Shown in pieces: positions 10,936-19,758 of a stretch of 64,000 nucleotides of DNA. Source of the stretch: an uncultured delta proteobacterium (GTDB lineage: Bacteria > Desulfobacterota > Desulfomonilia > UBA1062); NCBI GenBank assembly GCA_963785235.1, contig CAWAUM010000003.1, positions 352,001 through 416,000 on the forward strand, written 5' to 3'. Position 1 is the first letter of the stretch. Each line of letters opens with the position of its first letter. The position numbers and the translations under genes are program-made. A model generated the notes under the pieces. The model did no database searches and was not told the DNA's origin. It saw only the letters and a program-made list of their open reading frames with translations.

Positions 10936-11324
10936 CAGTTTTCCAGGCCTTTTCGTTTCTTCCTGAAATAGATCCAGCCGTACACAATCATGTTTACCAG
11001 TGCCGCCATGACACCAAGGATTATCTGGAACTGCCTGGTAAGGCCCTCCAGGTAGATCATGGGCTCAATGTAATGCATCACAAAGTCGCCGGAATACATA
11101 CCTTGCCCGGCCCATGAGCGCAGTTCATTCTCCAGGGGCGTCAGCGGACAGATTCTGCCGGTCAGTTCAATGATGATCGCCCAGAGGACACACGGGATGT
11201 GCACCCAGATGACCTTGGGCCGGACAAGGGTCAGGATGCCGCCCAGGACCACAAAGAGAATAAAAAAAAGATGGAGTACTACAACGCCGTCGGCAAGAAG
11301 TCGATAATAACATGCACTGGTCAC
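10935..11324 (-). CDS. DUF2784 membrane protein
   Basis: LADGVVVLHLFFILFVVLGG, ICPLTPLENELR, FVMHYIEPMIY. Confidence 0.85.
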   Translation of the reverse strand: MTSACYYRLLADGVVVLHLFFILFVVLGGILTLVRPKVIWVHIPCVLWAIIIELTGRICPLTPLENELRSWAGQGMYSGDFVMHYIEPMIYLEGLTRQFQIILGVMAALVNMIVYGWIYFRKKRKGLEN

Positions 11325-11453
11325 GTGGCAAATATATTACTTTCAGACATGATTATCAATCTGTCCTAGATCCATGTTTTCATGGTATCATGATTGTTAT
11401 CCGCAATTGATACTCATGATGCCTGAGCGCATTGCATATACACAGGGGGTTAC

Positions 11454-11999
11454 ATGAGAAGAAAGTTAGAAGAATCATTCGGCAAGAGAATCAGCAACAT
11501 GAGAGAGGAAAAAGGGCTCAGTCTGGATGACCTGTCGCGGGACACGGGGTATGCTGTCGAACTGCTTCGGGATGTGGAAGAAGGACGGGTGGCCCCCCCT
11601 GTAGCACTCGTGCTTCAGCTTGGCCGAACTTTCAAGATAGACATCGAGCAACTCCAGGGGCCTCAGGAAAAACAGGCCTCAAAGAAGCGTACGAAAAGCC
11701 ATAAAAAGCGGGTAGCCTCCTACGCATATGCACCCCTGACACAGCCCGGTGAGGAAAAGCACCTGCGGGCATACCGGGTCACTATCGATCCGGCAACCGA
11801 GCACAAGGGTGTTGAATACCACCACGAGGGAGAAGAATTTGTATATGTCCTGGACGGAGGGCTGACCATCCAGGTAGGCCAGAACACCACCATTCTTAAG
11901 AAAGGCGGGAGCATCCACTTTGATTCCTCGCTGCACCACAAGCTCAGCAACCCCACAAAAATGGTGGCCGAGCTCCTGGTTGTCATCTACGTTCCCTGA
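11454..11999 (+). CDS. XRE-family HTH regulator with cupin domain
   Basis: N-terminal HTH; YHHEGEEFVYVLDG cupin motif. Confidence 0.9.
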   Translation: MRRKLEESFGKRISNMREEKGLSLDDLSRDTGYAVELLRDVEEGRVAPPVALVLQLGRTFKIDIEQLQGPQEKQASKKRTKSHKKRVASYAYAPLTQPGEEKHLRAYRVTIDPATEHKGVEYHHEGEEFVYVLDGGLTIQVGQNTTILKKGGSIHFDSSLHHKLSNPTKMVAELLVVIYVP

Positions 12000-12008
12000 G
12001 GAGGGGAT

Positions 12009-13148
12009 ATGCCTTTGAATCTCAGCGCAGAACAGGAAATGGTCAGGCTCATGGCCAGGGATTTTGCCAGGAGGGAGCTGGAGCCTTTGGCTGCAAAAAG
12101 AGACAAGGAAGAGATCTTCCCCTTGGATGTGGTGAAAAAGATGGGTCAGCTCGGCCTGCTCGGTATGATGGTGCCTGCCGAATATGGCGGGGCAGCCGCC
12201 GGGGCTGTCAGCTATTGCCTGGCGCTCCAGGAGATAGCCTATTCATGTGCATCCACGGCGGTAACCATGTCGGTGGCAAACCTCTCCACTGAACCGCTTC
12301 TCAAGTTCGGCGATGAAGGCCAGAAGATAAAATACCTCATCAGACTCGCACAGGGTGAGCTGCTCGGTTGCTTTGCCCTTACCGAACCGGGCGCCGGGTC
12401 AGACCCTTCAAGCCTGAGCATAAAGGCCGAGGACAAGGGGGATCACTATCTTGTCAATGGCACGAAAATCTTCATCACCCATGGCGCATATGCGGATGTA
12501 GTGAACCTCATTGTCCGGACCGGAGAGGAAAAGGGCAGCAAAGGCCTTTCTGCAATCATCGTGGAAAAGGGCACGCCGGGATTTTCCATCGGTTCGCATG
12601 AAGACAAAATGGGACTCAGGGCATCCAACACGGTGGAGCTCATCTTTGAAGACTGCAAGGTTCCCAAAGGGAACCTGATTGGAAAGACCGGAATCGGCTT
12701 CAAGATAGCCATGTCGGCCCTGGACAGCGGCCGCATCGGCATCGCCTCTCAGGCCATCGGGATCGCACGGTCCTGCCTGGATGAGGCCATCAGGTATGCC
12801 AAGGCGCGTAAACAGTTCGGTAAAACCATCAGCTCTTTCCAGGCCATCCAGTGGATGATCGCAGACATGGCAACCGGCATCGAAGCGGCTCATCTCCTTT
12901 CCCTGTCGGCTGCGGGAAGAAAGGACCAGGGTGTGCCCTTCACGAAAGAGGCATCCATGGCAAAACTCTTTGCCTCTGAAATGGCTAACAAGACAGCCTA
13001 TAGAGCCCTGCAGATCCACGGCGGCTACGGGTATGTCAAGGAATTCAAGGTGGAGCGCCTCTACCGCGACGCCAGGGCCACCACGATCTATGAAGGTACG
13101 TCTGAAATTCAGCGACTGGTCATTGCGCGGGAGCTCCTGAGGGATTAA
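12009..13148 (+). CDS. Acyl-CoA dehydrogenase (butyryl-CoA type)
   Basis: FALTEPGAGSD, KMGLRASNT, QIHGGYGY, IYEGTSEIQR. Confidence 0.95.
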   Translation: MPLNLSAEQEMVRLMARDFARRELEPLAAKRDKEEIFPLDVVKKMGQLGLLGMMVPAEYGGAAAGAVSYCLALQEIAYSCASTAVTMSVANLSTEPLLKFGDEGQKIKYLIRLAQGELLGCFALTEPGAGSDPSSLSIKAEDKGDHYLVNGTKIFITHGAYADVVNLIVRTGEEKGSKGLSAIIVEKGTPGFSIGSHEDKMGLRASNTVELIFEDCKVPKGNLIGKTGIGFKIAMSALDSGRIGIASQAIGIARSCLDEAIRYAKARKQFGKTISSFQAIQWMIADMATGIEAAHLLSLSAAGRKDQGVPFTKEASMAKLFASEMANKTAYRALQIHGGYGYVKEFKVERLYRDARATTIYEGTSEIQRLVIARELLRD

Positions 13149-13185
13149 TATGCATAATGAATCCTCAGCGCAAAAGGAAACTACC

Positions 13186-13782
13186 ATGAAGGTATCGGTG
13201 ATCCTGGCCCATCCCGACACAGGGAGCTTCAACCATGCCATTGCTGAATTTGCCATAGACAAACTCCAGGAGAATGGACACAAGGCAATCTTTCACGACC
13301 TCTATGAAGAAGGGTTCGACCCTATCCTTACCTCTGATGAGATCCCAAGGGATGCCCAGTTGGCACCCCATCTCACACAGCACTGCGATGAAATCGCAAA
13401 GGCTGACGGCATTATTGTGATCCACCCCAACTGGTGGGGCCAGCCGCCCGCCATCCTTAAAGGGTGGATCGACAGGGTTTTCCGCCCAGGGGTGGCGTAT
13501 GAATTCGAAGAGGGAGACCTGGGCGAAGGGGTGCCCAACGGCCTGCTGAGGGCAAAGACGGCCCTTGTGTTCAACACCTCAAACACCCATGCCGAGCGTG
13601 AGACCAGGGTCTTCGGCGATCCCCTTGAAGCCCTGTGGAAAAATTGTATATTCGGCCTGTGCGGAGTGCAGATGTTCGAACGAAGGACCTTCAGCGTCAT
13701 GGTCACAAGCACGGTAGAACAGCGGCGCAAGTGGCTGCTTGAGGTCAGGGGTATTGTTTCGACCTACTTCCCTAAGGTCTGA
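13186..13782 (+). CDS. NAD(P)H-dependent oxidoreductase (flavodoxin_2 family)
   Basis: AHPDTGSFN, HPNWWGQPPAILKGWIDRV. Confidence 0.9.
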   Translation: MKVSVILAHPDTGSFNHAIAEFAIDKLQENGHKAIFHDLYEEGFDPILTSDEIPRDAQLAPHLTQHCDEIAKADGIIVIHPNWWGQPPAILKGWIDRVFRPGVAYEFEEGDLGEGVPNGLLRAKTALVFNTSNTHAERETRVFGDPLEALWKNCIFGLCGVQMFERRTFSVMVTSTVEQRRKWLLEVRGIVSTYFPKV

Positions 13783-13798
13783 AGGGGAACATATTGAA

Positions 13799-13822
13799 GG
13801 CAGGCATAAGGCCTGCCCTTAC
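13799..13822. repeat. REP-like palindrome between convergent genes
   Basis: GGCAGGC-ATAAG-GCCTGCC followed by CTTAC (GTAAG on minus strand, GTAG-type foot). Confidence 0.5.
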
Positions 13823-13864
13823 AACCTCATTTTAATTTCTGGGCACAGTTCACTTATCACGCTT

Positions 13865-15847
13865 TCATGCCATCACCCTGATGGGCAGGATCATCATGGC
13901 AGTGCCTTCCCACTGGAGGCGGCGCTGTATGGCAAAGGCCGTCTCATTATGGAGGAACCTCTGGAACATGCTCTGTTTCTGGAAGATAAGCTGGCCTGCG
14001 AACACCGTTGAACGGGCGAACTCACTTGCAACCGTCTGACAGAGATTGGTAGCCGTTTCGACCACATCGATCCCGATATCCACACGGTACTCTGCAGCGA
14101 AACCGAGTTTCCGGGCAAGGTTTACGTATTTCTTCAACCCGTCTTCAACGGAACGCTTCAGCGCCTCCATTTCTTCAACACCCTTAAAAGAGCCCGAATC
14201 GATCTCTCCAATGGAGACGAAGATAAAATTCTTGTACACGTTCGGGAAGGTCCTGATTATGGAAAGGAAGGAGTGCAGGCCGAACCCGTTGTAGCCGCCT
14301 ACAAGCAGGACGGCCGTCATATCGTTCGGATCGCACTGGTCGGTGTTCACCTTGGAGCCTTCCAGGTACATGCCCATGAGAATATCATCAAGTGAACGGG
14401 CGCCCTTCCTTACATTCCGGTAGTGGCCGCGAATGACGTAGCACAGCGCAATGATACATCCGGTGATGAGCAGTGTCATCCACCCGCCTTCCTTGAATTT
14501 TATCACCACCGTGACGACAAGGATCGTGAGACACAGGATAAACCCAAGAAGATGGACACTGATGTACCGCTTCCATGGTATATCCCTATTCCTCCTCTTC
14601 AGGTAGAAGTTCATCATGCCGAACTGGTCGAGCGAGAAGGTGAGGAACACGTTGATGGAATACATGATTACCAGCGCAGTGACCGAACCCTTCGTATACA
14701 GGAGCAGCGCCAGTGATGATATGCCCATGAGCAGGACACCATCCTGCATGGTGAGGCGTTCCGAGAGTGCAGCGAAGCGGCGGGGGAACCACATGTCTAT
14801 GGCCATGTTGCCCATGATCCTCGGGCCGCCGATGAATCCTGCCTGTGCGCCTACGATAAGGAGTGCGCCTTCCGAAAGGATGGTGATAAGGGCTATGGTG
14901 CCGCCCAGAGGCCATGCACCGAAGACCGCATCTGCCAGCATTGCGTTCATGGTCCGGCCCTGGGTGGGCCTGATGTCGAATAAGAGGTAGCTTACGATGA
15001 GTCCGCTTGCCATGAAGGCCAGAGACAGGGCCATATAGAGCATGGTGCGCTTACCATTGGGGATTTTAGGCTCGCGCATGACCTGCATGCTGTTGGAGAC
15101 CGCCTCGATGCCGGTGTAGGTTCCTCCTCCCATGGAGAAGGCCCTCAGGAAAAGGGCCATAACCCCGACAAACCCTATGGCCTGCATGTCTCTTGAGATA
15201 TCGCCGTGGAGATTCTGTGCTATGATGCCTGCCTTGGGGAAATGGGTCCCAATCCCATAAGCCAGAAGAATCACATGGGTTGCAAGGTATATCAAAAAGA
15301 TCGGGGCGAGAACCGTTACGGATTCCTTCGCCCCTCTCAGGTTCATGATTATGAGGAATATGATGAGGAATACGACAAAAGGGACTTTGAACATGTAGTA
15401 CTCATATGGCAGAAAGCTGAAGATGGCATCCCCGCAGGAAGCCAATGACACAGTGATGGTAAGGATATAGTCCACAAGCAGGGAACACCCCGAGATTATG
15501 CCCGCGGTCTTTCCGATGGTATGGGTGGCAACGATGTACCCGCCTCCACCATGCGGAAAGTGCTCGATGATGCGCGTATAGGTAAAGGAGATCACGAACA
15601 CCGTGAAGGCCATTGCAACGGCCATGAACAGCGCCAGGTACGTGTGATCCCCAAGTGCTCGAAATGCCTCTTCCGGCCCGTAGGAGGATGACGAAAGACC
15701 GTCCGCTCCTAGTCCTATCCAGGCAAGCAACGGGATAAGGCTCAATTTATGAAAAATGGAGGCCTCTTTCAGATTCTTGGGCTCACCGATAAGCTTCCGC
15801 TTTATACGCTGCAGGAAATTCAGGTCACTCTGGCCGTTCATGGGCAT
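13865..15847 (-). CDS. kimA: KimA/YdaO-like APC family K+ transporter, copy 1
   Basis: GADGLSSSYGPEE, FPHGGGGY, TYTGIEAVSN, C-terminal FLHNETA; c-di-AMP riboswitch upstream. Confidence 0.85.
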   Translation of the reverse strand: MPMNGQSDLNFLQRIKRKLIGEPKNLKEASIFHKLSLIPLLAWIGLGADGLSSSSYGPEEAFRALGDHTYLALFMAVAMAFTVFVISFTYTRIIEHFPHGGGGYIVATHTIGKTAGIISGCSLLVDYILTITVSLASCGDAIFSFLPYEYYMFKVPFVVFLIIFLIIMNLRGAKESVTVLAPIFLIYLATHVILLAYGIGTHFPKAGIIAQNLHGDISRDMQAIGFVGVMALFLRAFSMGGGTYTGIEAVSNSMQVMREPKIPNGKRTMLYMALSLAFMASGLIVSYLLFDIRPTQGRTMNAMLADAVFGAWPLGGTIALITILSEGALLIVGAQAGFIGGPRIMGNMAIDMWFPRRFAALSERLTMQDGVLLMGISSLALLLYTKGSVTALVIMYSINVFLTFSLDQFGMMNFYLKRRNRDIPWKRYISVHLLGFILCLTILVVTVVIKFKEGGWMTLLITGCIIALCYVIRGHYRNVRKGARSLDDILMGMYLEGSKVNTDQCDPNDMTAVLLVGGYNGFGLHSFLSIIRTFPNVYKNFIFVSIGEIDSGSFKGVEEMEALKRSVEDGLKKYVNLARKLGFAAEYRVDIGIDVVETATNLCQTVASEFARSTVFAGQLIFQKQSMFQRFLHNETAFAIQRRLQWEGTAMMILPIRVMA

Positions 15848-15943
15848 CTGATATTACTTGGCAACGAAACCTAGCATAGGGTCCCGGAAGTCATATTCCA
15901 TCTGCGGAAGCTACAACTGCTGCCATGATCCATGCAATAACAT

Positions 15944-16070
15944 CCTTCCAAAAGCCTGCGAGGTTAGCTGACGGGCTCGGGCCTGAAAGTGCCCTATCCT
16001 TATCCAGGAATACGCCCCATAAACCGGGGTCCCCCGCATCCGTCTCTCTGACGGATTTTGGCTGTGTTTG
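15944..16070 (-). ncRNA. c-di-AMP (ydaO/yuaA) riboswitch, copy 1
   Basis: Minus strand GCCAAAATCC..GGATGCGGGGGACCC..GGGGCGTATTCC..GGATAGGG..CCCGAGCCCGTCAGCTAACCTCGCAGGC matches the family consensus. Confidence 0.9.
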
Positions 16071-16076
16071 CAGCCT

Positions 16077-16105
16077 GATATATGCTCGGCTCAAAACCTT
16101 GTCAA
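16077..16105 (-). promoter_or_regulatory. Sigma70-type promoter for riboswitch-kimA copy 1
   Basis: TTGACA-17 nt-TATATC directly upstream of the aptamer; conserved in copy 2. Confidence 0.7.
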
Positions 16106-16232
16106 TGGATATTTCCCATAAAGGATCACCAGAGGACTCACTACTGCTATAGATGTTCATTGCCGATTTGCATTCCTGAGAACAGAATTTTGAGCTTCAT
16201 TTACCAGGTGTTTAGGTGTTCAAAATACAATT

Positions 16233-18215
16233 CTACATCATGACTCTTATGGGCAGGATCACCATAGCTACGCCTTCCCACTGAAGCCGGCGCTGGATAG
16301 AAAAGGCAGTCTCGTTGTGAAGAAAACGCTGGAACATGCCCTCCTTCTTAAATATGAGCTTACCTGCAAAAATCATGGAACTGGGATATTCCTTTGCAAC
16401 AGTCTCGCAGAGAGTCGTGGCGGTCTCGACAACATCCGTACCGATGTCCATGCGGTAGTCCGCAGGATAACCCAGGTTCCTGGCAAGGCCCACATACTTT
16501 TTCAGCCCGTCTATAACATAACTCTTCAGTGCCTCTACCTCTTCAATCCCCTTGAAAGAGCCCGAATCGATCTCTCCCACTGAGACAAAGATAAAATTCT
16601 TATACATGTTGGGGAAGCTTCGAAATATTGAAAGGAATGAGTGAAGGCCGAACCCGCCATAGCCGCTCACCAGGATAATGGCTGTCATATCGTTCGGGTC
16701 AGGCGGATTCGAGTTGATCTTTGATCCCTCCAGATACATCCCCATGAGTATATCGTCCAGCGATCGTGTCCCTTTCCTTACCCTGCGATAGTGACCGCGG
16801 ATGATATAGCACAGGGCCAGCAGGCAGCCAGTGATAAGGAGCGTCACCCACCCGCCTTCTTTGAACTTGATGAATACCGTGACGACAAGGATTGTCAAAC
16901 ACAGGACGAATCCGATAATATGGACGGGGAGATACCGCATCCATTTCGTTTCCTTTTTCTTTCTCTTCAAATAAAACTTGATCATCCCGAACTGGGACAA
17001 GGAGAAGGTCAGAAATACGTTGATGGAGTACATGACCACCAGGGCAGAAACCGACCCATTTGTATAGATGAGGAGAGCCAGCGATGATATCCCCATGAGC
17101 AAGACGCCATCCTGCATAGTGAGGCGCTCTGATAGCGCTGCAAAACGCCTGGGGAGCCAGAGGTCGATAGCCATGTTTCCCATGATCCTCGGCCCACCGA
17201 TAAAACCTGCCTGTGCGCCGACCATGAGGAGCGCGCCTTCCGAAAGGATGGTGACAAGAGCTATGGTGCCACCAAAAGGCCATGCACCGAAGACCCCGTC
17301 TGCTAGCATGGCATTCATTGTCCTACCAGGTGTCGGCCTGATGCCGAAGAGGAGATAGCAGACAATGAGGCCGCTTGCCATGATGGCCAGGGACAGTGCC
17401 ATATAGAGCATTGTCCGCTTGCCGTTGGGGACTCTGGGCTCTCGTATGACCTGCATGCTGTTGGAGACAGCCTCGATACCTGTGTAGGTTCCACCCCCCA
17501 TGGAAAAGGCCCTGAGGAAAAGCCCCATTACCCCGATGAATCCGATTGCCCCCATGTCTTTTGCGAGATCCACATGCAGTTCTTCAACAATGGCTTCAGT
17601 CCCTGAGATATGGGTCCCGATCCCATACCCGAGCAGAAGGATATGGGTTACAAGGAATATGAGAAAGATCGGTGCCAGGATAGTGACGGATTCCTTCACC
17701 CCCCTTAAGTTTATGATCATGAGAAAGATGATAAGGAACACCGCAAAGGGGACCTTGAACATATGATATTGCATGGGGAGAAAGCTGAATATTGCATCAC
17801 CGCATGATGCGAGCGACACGGTGATAGTAAGCACGTAGTCCACAAGCAGGGCGGACCCGGAAACGATACCTGCAGTCTGTCCGATGGTATGGGTGGCCAC
17901 GATATATCCCCCGCCGCCATGCGGGAAGTGCTCGATGATGCGCGAGTAGGCATACGAGATGACAAAGACCGTGAAAGCCGTTGCAAGGGCAAGGAACAAG
18001 GCCAGGTAGGTGTGGGTGCCCAGCGCACGGAATGCCTCTTCAGGGCCATATGAAGATGATGAGAGACCGTCGGCACCCAGGCCGATCCAGGCAAGCAGCG
18101 GTATCAGGCTCAGCTTGTGGAAGATGGAAGGTTCGTTCAAATCCCTTGGGGCACCGATGATCTTCCGCCTCAATTGTTGCCACAGGCTCAGTCCATTCGT
18201 AACCTCAGACATCAC
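16233..18215 (-). CDS. kimA: KimA/YdaO-like APC family K+ transporter, copy 2
   Basis: 660 aa, closely similar to 13865-15847 with the same motifs. Confidence 0.85.
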   Translation of the reverse strand: MMSEVTNGLSLWQQLRRKIIGAPRDLNEPSIFHKLSLIPLLAWIGLGADGLSSSSYGPEEAFRALGTHTYLALFLALATAFTVFVISYAYSRIIEHFPHGGGGYIVATHTIGQTAGIVSGSALLVDYVLTITVSLASCGDAIFSFLPMQYHMFKVPFAVFLIIFLMIINLRGVKESVTILAPIFLIFLVTHILLLGYGIGTHISGTEAIVEELHVDLAKDMGAIGFIGVMGLFLRAFSMGGGTYTGIEAVSNSMQVIREPRVPNGKRTMLYMALSLAIMASGLIVCYLLFGIRPTPGRTMNAMLADGVFGAWPFGGTIALVTILSEGALLMVGAQAGFIGGPRIMGNMAIDLWLPRRFAALSERLTMQDGVLLMGISSLALLIYTNGSVSALVVMYSINVFLTFSLSQFGMIKFYLKRKKKETKWMRYLPVHIIGFVLCLTILVVTVFIKFKEGGWVTLLITGCLLALCYIIRGHYRRVRKGTRSLDDILMGMYLEGSKINSNPPDPNDMTAIILVSGYGGFGLHSFLSIFRSFPNMYKNFIFVSVGEIDSGSFKGIEEVEALKSYVIDGLKKYVGLARNLGYPADYRMDIGTDVVETATTLCETVAKEYPSSMIFAGKLIFKKEGMFQRFLHNETAFSIQRRLQWEGVAMVILPIRVMM

Positions 18216-18300
18216 GATTCACTTTAGAATAACAGGCAAATAAGGCATTATTGGGGATCAGATACCAAAGGTATGCAACACACCTAACACCCTCATCCAT
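18205..18300 (-). CDS. Putative 31-aa leader ORF between riboswitch and kimA copy 2
   Basis: SD GGAAGGA then ATG; MDEGVRCVAYLWYLIPNNALFACYSKVNRDV*, stop overlaps kimA start; positional homolog at 15933. Confidence 0.4.
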   Translation of the reverse strand: MDEGVRCVAYLWYLIPNNALFACYSKVNRDV

Positions 18301-18309
18301 AGCATAATA

Positions 18310-18436
18310 TCCTTCCAAAAGCCTACGAGGTTAGCTGCCGGGCTCGGACATGGAAGTGTCCTATCCATATGAAGGAATACGCCCCAAAAACCGGGTCCCC
18401 CGCATCCGCTATTTAAGCTGATTTCGGCTATATTTG
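18310..18436 (-). ncRNA. c-di-AMP (ydaO/yuaA) riboswitch, copy 2
   Basis: Minus strand GCCGAAATC..GGATGCGGGGGACCC..GGGGCGTATTCC..GGATAGGAC..GTCCGAGCCCGGCAGCTAACCTCGTAGGC; stem substitutions relative to copy 1 keep pairing. Confidence 0.9.
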
Positions 18437-18442
18437 CAGCCT

Positions 18443-18472
18443 GATATATGCCCTGGTGTAAGACCTTGTCAA
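18443..18472 (-). promoter_or_regulatory. Sigma70-type promoter for riboswitch-kimA copy 2
   Basis: TTGACA-18 nt-TATATC, hexamers identical to copy 1 while the spacer diverges. Confidence 0.7.
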
Positions 18473-18629
18473 CGGATATTTCCCCATGACATGAAGTGCT
18501 GTTTTCGTGAGGATTTCAGAGCTTTTTTGATTATTATTTGCTGCAACAATAAAATCATAAAGTTACATGGCTGTTCTCGGGATATATAACATATAACACA
18601 TTGATTTATTGTCAATTTACCACTAATTC

Positions 18630-18658
18630 TTGACAGGCCATGCATTGAATGCTAATTT
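18630..18658 (+). promoter_or_regulatory. Putative sigma70 promoter for the NlpC/P60 gene
   Basis: TTGACA-17 nt-TAATTT with TG extended -10. Confidence 0.45.
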
Positions 18659-18740
18659 TGTAATCAATAAATAATACTTCAGAGGTTCAAGTTCAGAACC
18701 GAGATAATATGTAATTAACTGAGAACGACGGGGGTTTGTT

Positions 18741-19700
18741 ATGCTGAGAAAATTCATACCCGCTCCAGTTATATTCTTCATAGTACTAGGACTCATCACC
18801 GGGGCAGGTTTTCAGAAAACCGCCATGGCCCGGACTACCAGCATGCTTACAACTCCGGCCCTGACCGGCAAGAATAATACCGGCACCGAGCAGTCGAACC
18901 GAAAATCGCAGATCGTCACTAAAAGTAATAAGTCGGAAAAGGAAGCAACAATCAAAAAAGGGTCTGCCAAGAAAAAAACTCTCACAACCAAACACGCTGT
19001 CAAGAAAAAACAGGCAGCCCATTCACCCAAAAAAAAGGCACAGATTGCAAAGAAGGCAACAAAGAATACCCATTCCAAGAAACATGTTATAGCAGGCAGT
19101 AAGGGCCATAAGCATAAGAAGGCCGGCCTTGCCAGACATCCTGGAAAGAGCTCGAAACATCGACTCGCCAAAAGATCAAGGGTGAAAAAGGTCGTCGAAC
19201 CCATCACAACTACCGAACAGACACCGGTCGACCCTGTTGTGGATCTCTGGCTTGCAAAGGATGCACCTGAGAGATTCAGAGAAGGCACCAATGACCACGA
19301 ACTTAATGAGCTGACCCTGAAAATCCTGGAATCCGCGATCAGTTATCTGGGAACGCCATACCGCTATGGGGGGACAACCCCGAATGGATTTGACTGTTCA
19401 GGGTTTGTCCGCCACGTATTCAGCGAAAACGGCATCTCATTGGGCCGTTCATCAAGGGATCAGGCCCTCGAGGGGAAGCGGATCTCCCTGTATGATCTGA
19501 AACCGGGAGACCTCCTCTTTTTCAACATGCGCAGAAGAAAACAGCAGCATATAGACCATGTAGGCCTCTACATTGGAAAAGGACAATTCATTCATGCCTC
19601 GTCAAACCACTCTCGTGAAATAGCGATCGAAAATCTGGACACGGAACGATATCTGCCCAAGATCGTTGAGGCAAGAAGGGTCCTGGATACGATCCAGTAG
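18741..19700 (+). CDS. NlpC/P60 (C40) peptidoglycan endopeptidase with long Lys-rich N-terminal region
   Basis: Signal peptide; YLGTPYRYGG..GFDCSGFV, HVGLYIG..FIHAS. Confidence 0.92.
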   Translation: MLRKFIPAPVIFFIVLGLITGAGFQKTAMARTTSMLTTPALTGKNNTGTEQSNRKSQIVTKSNKSEKEATIKKGSAKKKTLTTKHAVKKKQAAHSPKKKAQIAKKATKNTHSKKHVIAGSKGHKHKKAGLARHPGKSSKHRLAKRSRVKKVVEPITTTEQTPVDPVVDLWLAKDAPERFREGTNDHELNELTLKILESAISYLGTPYRYGGTTPNGFDCSGFVRHVFSENGISLGRSSRDQALEGKRISLYDLKPGDLLFFNMRRRKQQHIDHVGLYIGKGQFIHASSNHSREIAIENLDTERYLPKIVEARRVLDTIQ

Positions 19701-19758
19701 ATCATCAAAGGATTTGAGCGGATCGGGTTTTTTACGTTTCTAAACGCGATATCACGAT

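Noticed and set aside
15871-15873. TAG in the kimA copy 1 leader ORF as pyrrolysine
   Set aside because: No pyl genes or supporting context in the window; error or mutation is simpler.
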